A stretch of DNA of 64,000 bases from Macrostomum hystrix (taxonomy: Eukaryota > Animalia > Platyhelminthes): the NCBI GenBank assembly GCA_950097015.1, contig CATNEN010000038.1, forward strand, positions 19,778,001 to 19,842,000, read 5' to 3'. This document shows positions 57,901-64,000 of this stretch, piece by piece. The translations under genes were made by a program, and so were the position numbers. Positions within the stretch are counted from its first letter, which is position 1, and each line of letters starts with the position of its first letter. Below the pieces are notes generated by a model, which was given only the letters and a program-made list of their open reading frames with translations, was not told the origin of the DNA and made no database searches.

Positions 57901-60900
57901 CAACCAGCGAGGAGGCAGTCATTCCCCTGACTGCTGAGCACACAAGCACATAGATACTGCACGCAGACACACGCATACACACACACAGGTGTGTATATCT
58001 ACCCTGACGTTCTCATCGTCACTCTCACTGTGCGTTGGCCCTCTAGGGCGTAAATTGTACGGCAAGTCCCCAAGCTTTCTCTCCGCGGCTGCGCCCCCAA
58101 AATGAATGCGGCCTCGCAGCGGAATCGAGCTCAGGGACCTTGGGAAAACCTTAGTGCGCTCTGTCACTCACTCCATTTTATAAACGATAGCATGACTGAA
58201 AACAATGGCTGGCAAACAATTTGCACTGAGAAAATTCTATACAAAATGCTAGCAACTTTTTCAATATATACTTTCTGATCTTCAAGCGAGACAAAGATTC
58301 CCTACTGCAGAAGCCTCTTAAAATGCAAGGAAATTTCTAGAATTTCTTTAAAAAGACAGTTTAAACAGAAATTCTGATCCTCTTCAAAGAAGGCGAACCG
58401 ATTGCGTAACGCTTTGAAACTGCCAGCGACAGACATGTGTACCTAGGAAGCAGTTGGCAGAGCATCCACCCATGCGACAATTCTAGCTATATAGAAACAG
58501 ACTAACAGTTAGGGACAGCTGACCGAGGATGCGATAGGAACAAGAATTGAAATTCTTTCAAGCCAACTGCGGTAGCAAATAATATGGATTGCCTATAGTT
58601 CTGTTGTCTTCAACTATAGAAAACTAAGGGACCGAACAAATTTGAACGCCGAAGAATGAGTTTTGCCAATGGGAAACTAAATCGCTTGTGCCTAGATAGC
58701 GCCGTTATACAATTTCTTACAGCCATGTTTTCCAATGTCGTGAGTTTTTGTATCGTTTTCTTTGGCCCTGCCGTTGCATGGCTTCTGTTTGACACTGTTT
58801 GGTACATTTGCCCATAATTAGCTCCGACCGCGTTGACTGCCTTCTCTTCATTTCTCATTATCCTTGCTGGCTTCAAGCTTTGTGCGTTTTTTCTTGTGAG
58901 GAAAAAAACGCATTTTTTAGCAAACTGAGAAAAAATTGGAGGGAAGCTGGATTCAGGGGGGGGGAATCTTCGTCTGTGTTGGACGCCATGTTGATGATGA
59001 AGAGTGCTGAAGCATTTTGATTGAAAATATGCATGGTGTGAATGTGTAGGTTGCAAACATGCGAGCATTCACCTCGCAGAAGTTGATATGACAGCCATGG
59101 CATTGATTGCCTGATTGGCACCGCTCCGCTAGCCAAGTGCATTCAAGAGGAAGTATTGTATTTCTGGCTTCTGTTGTTTTTTTTCTCTTCTTTATTATTT
59201 TGCCGACGACTGCCTGTTAGTGGTGTCCTGGCTGCTAACGCTTCGCTGACGAATTCTTTCACATGAGTGTCACTGCACGCACTTAACTAGCTTCCATACC
59301 ACTTTGAGTCTATTTTTTCTGAGATTGCTTCTTTCTCTTTCACTCGACTTTTTTTCAAGTGGAACTACAGGTGAATATTAGACGAGACCAACAGTAGATC
59401 CACAGAATATTACATTAATATGTACAGATGAAGAACCATGAAACGACGCTTGATACTGGTAGTGACATTATTGTAACGGTAAAAGCTATAGCAGGAATGC
59501 GAGGAATAACGATACTCAAAAATGGGGAAAGTGCGCATTTAGTTGCAGTATTCCCTTATTAATGTTACCTCAGCGGATTTTCAAGCTCAGGCACCTGAGT
59601 GCACGGGGGCAAACTTATTTATTATAGAAGCCATATATACGTCCCCTGAATACGTCACCAAAAGTTTGTTGTGTTGTTCAAACACCTGAAATATGCAATA
59701 TCTCTTGGCTCCACTATTCGTACATTTAAGATTCTATAGCATTCTATTCAACAGCTTGCAACAATGGCCACAGCGCGCCCCCGCTGGCTCAGGAATCCTG
59801 TGAACTGACCCAGCGGGCACCGGGCAGCAGCGTTGAGTATTGAAAGCCTAGCTGCCCGCTCCGAAACTGCGTAGTGTTTTTGAAGTTCGACACGAAGACA
59901 GGCGACAACTCATAAATTAAGCGCTCTGTTCTGGCTGGTTGAACTGCTCAATTCAACTGCTCAATATGCTTGTCCCTCACTTACATTAATAAGATAGACC
60001 GAGAGAGTATTAGAGGCCTCCCTCTAGCTCTAATTGAATGCTCACCTGTCAGACAAACAATCAAACTTACATACACCTTCGTCTATTCATCTCGGTGCTG
60101 GTTGTCGTAAGTAAATTTTTGCTAAGAAGAATTTCAGTCAGTTTTTTTACCACTTTAGCACCGACCTCCCATTGGCTTCTGCGCAAAACCCGACCAAACT
60201 ATATGGACTCTAGAGCTTTCCTTAATTTTCTATGTTTTTCTACCTGTGGTTAGGCTATAGTGTGTATAGTCTGGTCTCTAAGCCGACAAACTTCTGTTGA
60301 CAATGAGACCACAGCGAAGGGCCGCGTTGGGGCTTAGAGCTGTGAAAATGCTGCCTTCTTATCGGTGTTAACAATCCTGTACCGTCTGCAGATGTTCAAC
60401 AATACCCCCCAATCCTAAAACAAACCAGCTCATCTGCTGCCTCACTCACTCACACCATTTACCTATCGCTCTCTTATCAAACTACATTACCATAGCGGTT
60501 AATTCAGTGAAGCCCTGCTTTTTTTGCTACTAAAAGCATACTCTGCCGAGAGGACTCAAGCCATTTAGCTGCAGCAAGGAAATGCATGTGTTAAAAGGTG
60601 GACTTGGATCTGGTTAAACAAAACACTCGATACAGGCCCGCAAACGAGTAGGTCTTCACAATGACAAGTCAGTTGACCAGTGAGATTGGAGACAATAAAG
60701 AGATTGGATATGAGATTCGTGGGGCTTGAGTTTGGAGATTATCGAGGCGTTAGATGGGAGATTCATTTATGGGGCTTAAATAGAGAGATTTAAGAGATTT
60801 AACACTCGATGAACTCACCATCGTCCGACATTGGCCCGAAGGCCAGGCTGGACGTGTGGCTGGCGCCGCAGTTCCAGCGTCGGGCGCGGAACTGCGAGGC

Positions 60901-61108
60901 GCACTCCTGCATACCCAACCTGGCGCCCTGCGTCACAGCAGGCATCAGCGAGAAGTGCTGCTGGCAGTAGAGAGTCTGCTTCGGCGATAGGCCAGCGATG
61001 CTGCTGCAGGTTGGCTGAGCGGACAGGATCAGCGTCTGGTCAAGCCGGTGCCCACCCGCCTTCCACGACAGGAAGCCAACGTTCCTATTTGCGTTGGGAA
61101 CGATTTTT
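54955..61108 (-). CDS. Wnt5: Wnt5 ligand; exons 61108-60819, 57698-57373, 55497-54955; first (signal-peptide) exon not identified
   Basis: [12 protein letters not shown]...[13 protein letters not shown]; [10 protein letters not shown]...[23 protein letters not shown]...[10 protein letters not shown] (Wnt5-like R-P-x-x-L-x-R-D-W); [16 protein letters not shown]; [16 protein letters not shown]. Confidence 0.9.
55617..55945 (-). mobile_element. SINE family A copy in a Wnt5 intron
   Basis: (TAA)n tail, conserved body and tRNA-like head. Confidence 0.8.
56980..57325. repeat. 11-bp intronic minisatellite (GAAGCCTCCCT)
   Basis: Read directly. Confidence 0.9.
57745..57832. repeat. 17-bp short tandem repeat (TCATGACCGATAGGCTG)
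   Basis: About 5 imperfect copies, read directly. Confidence 0.8.
57832..58172 (-). mobile_element. SINE family A copy in a Wnt5 intron
   Basis: (TAA)n...CAGGAGGGCTGCGGGCAATGG...GGAATCGAGCTCAGGGACCTTG. Confidence 0.8.
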
Positions 61109-61164
61109 CTTGTAGGGTATTGAGCCTCAATCTTTGACTTTCTGACTTTCTGAATTCTATGAAA

Positions 61165-61685
61165 GACACCCACCTCAATCCGTCTGGCTTAGCTTTAATA
61201 ACTCCGCCCTACTGACAGCCACCTCACTCCGTCTAGCTTAGCTCTAATAACTCCTGCCCTACTGACAGCCACCTCACTCCGTCTGGCTTAGCTCTAATAA
61301 CTCCTGCCCTACAGACAGCCACCTCACTCCGTCTGAATTCACTCTCCAACCACTCCTGCCCTACAGACACCCACCTCACTCCGTCTGGCTTAGCTTTAAT
61401 AACTCCGCTCTACTGACAGCCACCTCACTCCGTCTGGCTTAGCTCTAATAACTCCTGCCCTACAGACAGCCACCTCACTCCGTCTGAATTCACTCTCCAA
61501 CCACTCCTGCCCTACAGACACCCACCTCACTACGTCTGGCTTAGCTCTAATAACTCCTGCCCTACAGACAGCCACCTCACTCCGTCTGAATTCACTCTCC
61601 AACCACTCCTGCCCTACAGACACCCACCTCACTCCGTCTGGCTTCGCTCTAATAACTACTGCCCTAGAGACGCCAACCTGACTCC
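61165..61685. repeat. About 50-52-bp minisatellite with two alternating unit types (CCACCTCACTCCGTCTG-GCTTAGCTCTAATAAC / -AATTCACTCTCCAACCAC)
   Basis: Read directly. Confidence 0.92.
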
Positions 61686-62879
61686 CTAATTTATGTTTTC
61701 TCTAATAATTTTTTTCCTCTTGACATAAAGTTTAGTCCAGCCACCGTCTTTCATCTCTTCTTCATTCGGGGCTTCCTAGCCTATTCTTATGAATTATTAT
61801 CTCTAAGTTACACGCGCAGATAAATTTGGAGCCTTATTATATAGAGCTTATTAAATTGTTAATTTTCAAATAGTCCGCCTTAAAGTTGCTGAGCCTCTTG
61901 TTTCTCGGCATTATTGTTATACTAAACACCTCAGGCGTGAACCCTAACACGCTATAAATGCCCAGCCTATTTTTCTGTAAAAACACACGACATTGGTTGG
62001 AATTGGCATACACAATGGGTAGTCATTGAAACGTGAGGCGGTGAGCATGAGTTAGAGGGGCGTGAGTTCAGGATGGGTGGGATGCAGAATCTGCTGACTA
62101 ATTCGCATCGCCTGGTGAGTATAGGGCTTCCGTCGTCTATTCTCGACGCCCAATCAAGCTCAAAGACAGCGCGGCTAGCTCAGGCATGGCAACAAATTTT
62201 AGTGAGCCGCCAGGTCGCACCCTTTGTGCACCGGCTCCTCTTCATCTTCCCTCTGTCTTCACCTGAACAGTCTTCCTGAGCGCATTTCCGCCGCTGCGTG
62301 AGCTCAGAAAATTTCTACCTGCTGATCAGACGACTCAGACTCTAGAGGCCGTATTTCTGTGAAAAAGCAGATGAGGAATGAAACCCACAAATTTTATATA
62401 CCCCGCGGGTGAGATAACAAGACGAACGAACAGGAAAAAAGGCAGAAGAATAGAAATATAGAAGACAAGGGAAGCCTATTCGGGCTATGGGCTCAGCTGC
62501 TAGTTGGAGTGGAAACATTGCATAGGATTTGAGTATAGGGCGAGACTTTGCCGGCGGCTGTTTTATTTGAGATTAACGAAGCGTGCTCACGCCTCATGAG
62601 GCTATTAGACCGCGCCAATCCTAGAGTCTTATAGAGACTTATACCTACCTGTATCTGAGTCCACCTGCTTAAAATCTGATCCTATAGGGCTTACAAAATC
62701 CTATCAATACCTGTCACGGTATGTTGGTTTCTTTGTTTGTACGTGTACAGACTGGGTTTTTACTTCGTCTGGTTTAAAATGACAGAAATAGCTTATGAGG
62801 TCTAGGTATGGATTGCAGTAAGACTCTGAAAATAATGGGCTAATACTGTTTGCAGCCCCTGGCACCTTCAAACCCTAAT

Positions 62880-64000
62880 CTCACCTATATCTCATCTGTA
62901 CCCTGTCTCATCTCCCCTAGCCTGTCTCATCTCCCCTACCCTGTCTCATCTCCCCTACCCTGTCTCATCTCCCCTACCCTGTCTCATCTCTCCCCTGGCT
63001 CACCTCTCCAGTGTCACATCTCTCCAGCGTCTCATCTCTCCAGCGTCTCATCTCTCCAGTGTCTCATCTCTCCTGTCTCATCTCTCCCCAGTCTCACCTC
63101 TCCCCTGTCTCATCTCTCCCTTGGCTCACCTCTCCAGTATCTCATCTCTCCCCTGGCTCATCTCTCCCATGCCTTTACTCACTTCTGTCTCATATCTCCC
63201 CTGCCTCATCTCTCCCCTGTCTCATCTCTCCCCTGTCTCACCTCTCCAGTGTCTCATCTCTCCCCTGGCTCATCTCTCCCATGCCTTTACTCACTTCTGT
63301 CTCATATCTCCCCTGCCTCATCTCTCCCCTGTCTCACCTCTCCAGTGTCTCATCTCTCCCCTGGCTCATCTCTCCCATGCCTTTACTCACTTCTGTCTCA
63401 TATCTCCCCTGTCTCATCTCTCCCCTGTCTCACCTCTCCAGTGTCTCATCTCTCCCCTGGCTCATCTCTCCATGCCTCTACTCTCTTCTGTCTCATGTCT
63501 ACCCTATCTCATCTCTCCCCTGGCTCACCTCTCCAGTGTCTCATCTCTCCCCTGGCTCATCTCTCCCATGTCTCTACTCTCTTCTGTCTCATCTCTCCCC
63601 TGTCTCATCTCTCCCCTGGCTCACCTCTCCAGTGTCTCATCTCTCCCCTGGCTCATCTCTCCCATGCCTCTACTCTCTTCTGTCTCATCTCTCCCCTGTC
63701 TCATCTCTCCCCTGTCTCACCTCTCCCCTGTCTCATCTCTCCCCTGTCTCACCTCTCCAGTGTCTCATCTCTCCCCTGGCTCATCTCTCCATGCCTCTAC
63801 TCTCTTCTGTCTCATGTCTACCCTATCTCATCTCTCCCCTGGCTCACCTCTCCAGTGTCTCATCTCTCCCCTGGCTCATCTCTCCCATGTCTCTACTCTC
63901 TTCTGTCTCACCTCTCCCCTGTCTCATCTCTCCCCTGTCTCACCTCTCCAGTGTCTCATCTCTCCCCTGGCTCATCTCTCCATGCCTCTACTCTCTTCTG
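62880..64000. repeat. About 18-bp CT-rich minisatellite (CTCATCTCTCCCCTGT), the reverse complement of the 34130-34755 family; runs off the window
   Basis: Read directly. Confidence 0.93.

Noticed and set aside
61900-62400. Candidate first exon of Wnt5
   Set aside because: No ATG, signal peptide and phase-2 donor combination was convincing; exon 1 may lie outside the window.

Overview
Eukaryotic (metazoan) genomic DNA with spliceosomal GT-AG introns and an unusual density of minisatellites. The style suggests a free-living flatworm such as Macrostomum, but this is inference only. Spliced genes rebuilt by hand from splice signals and reading-frame continuity: pelota (5 exons, +), Wnt5 (3 exons seen, -), a MARCH-type RING-CH E3 ligase (+), an ARM-TIR-SAM protein that keeps the TIR catalytic Glu (-), an Ig-superfamily surface protein (-) and three coiled-coil genes with only phase-2 introns. 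Also present are an intronless non-alpha nAChR-like Cys-loop subunit (-) and a Pro/Gln-rich orphan ORF (+). Mobile DNA: a 3.7-kb P-superfamily THAP transposon with TIRs, a 7-bp TSD and one intron; a Tc1/mariner-type MITE; a foldback element; a DIRS/Crypton-type tyrosine-recombinase fragment; LINE 3' fragments; and two tRNA-derived SINE families, one with a MIR-like CORE domain. The most striking unexplained structures are four. (i) Many introns carry their own private minisatellite starting close to a splice site, and one array is about 57 tandem copies of the 5' splice site itself. (ii) A 79-bp copy of pelota exon 2 sits 14 nt before the start of exon 4. (iii) An 84-bp array left of the P element is built from the TSD plus the element's right flank. 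(iv) The TIR protein has SARM1's modules in a shuffled order. Most long ORFs in the supplied track are translations of satellites.
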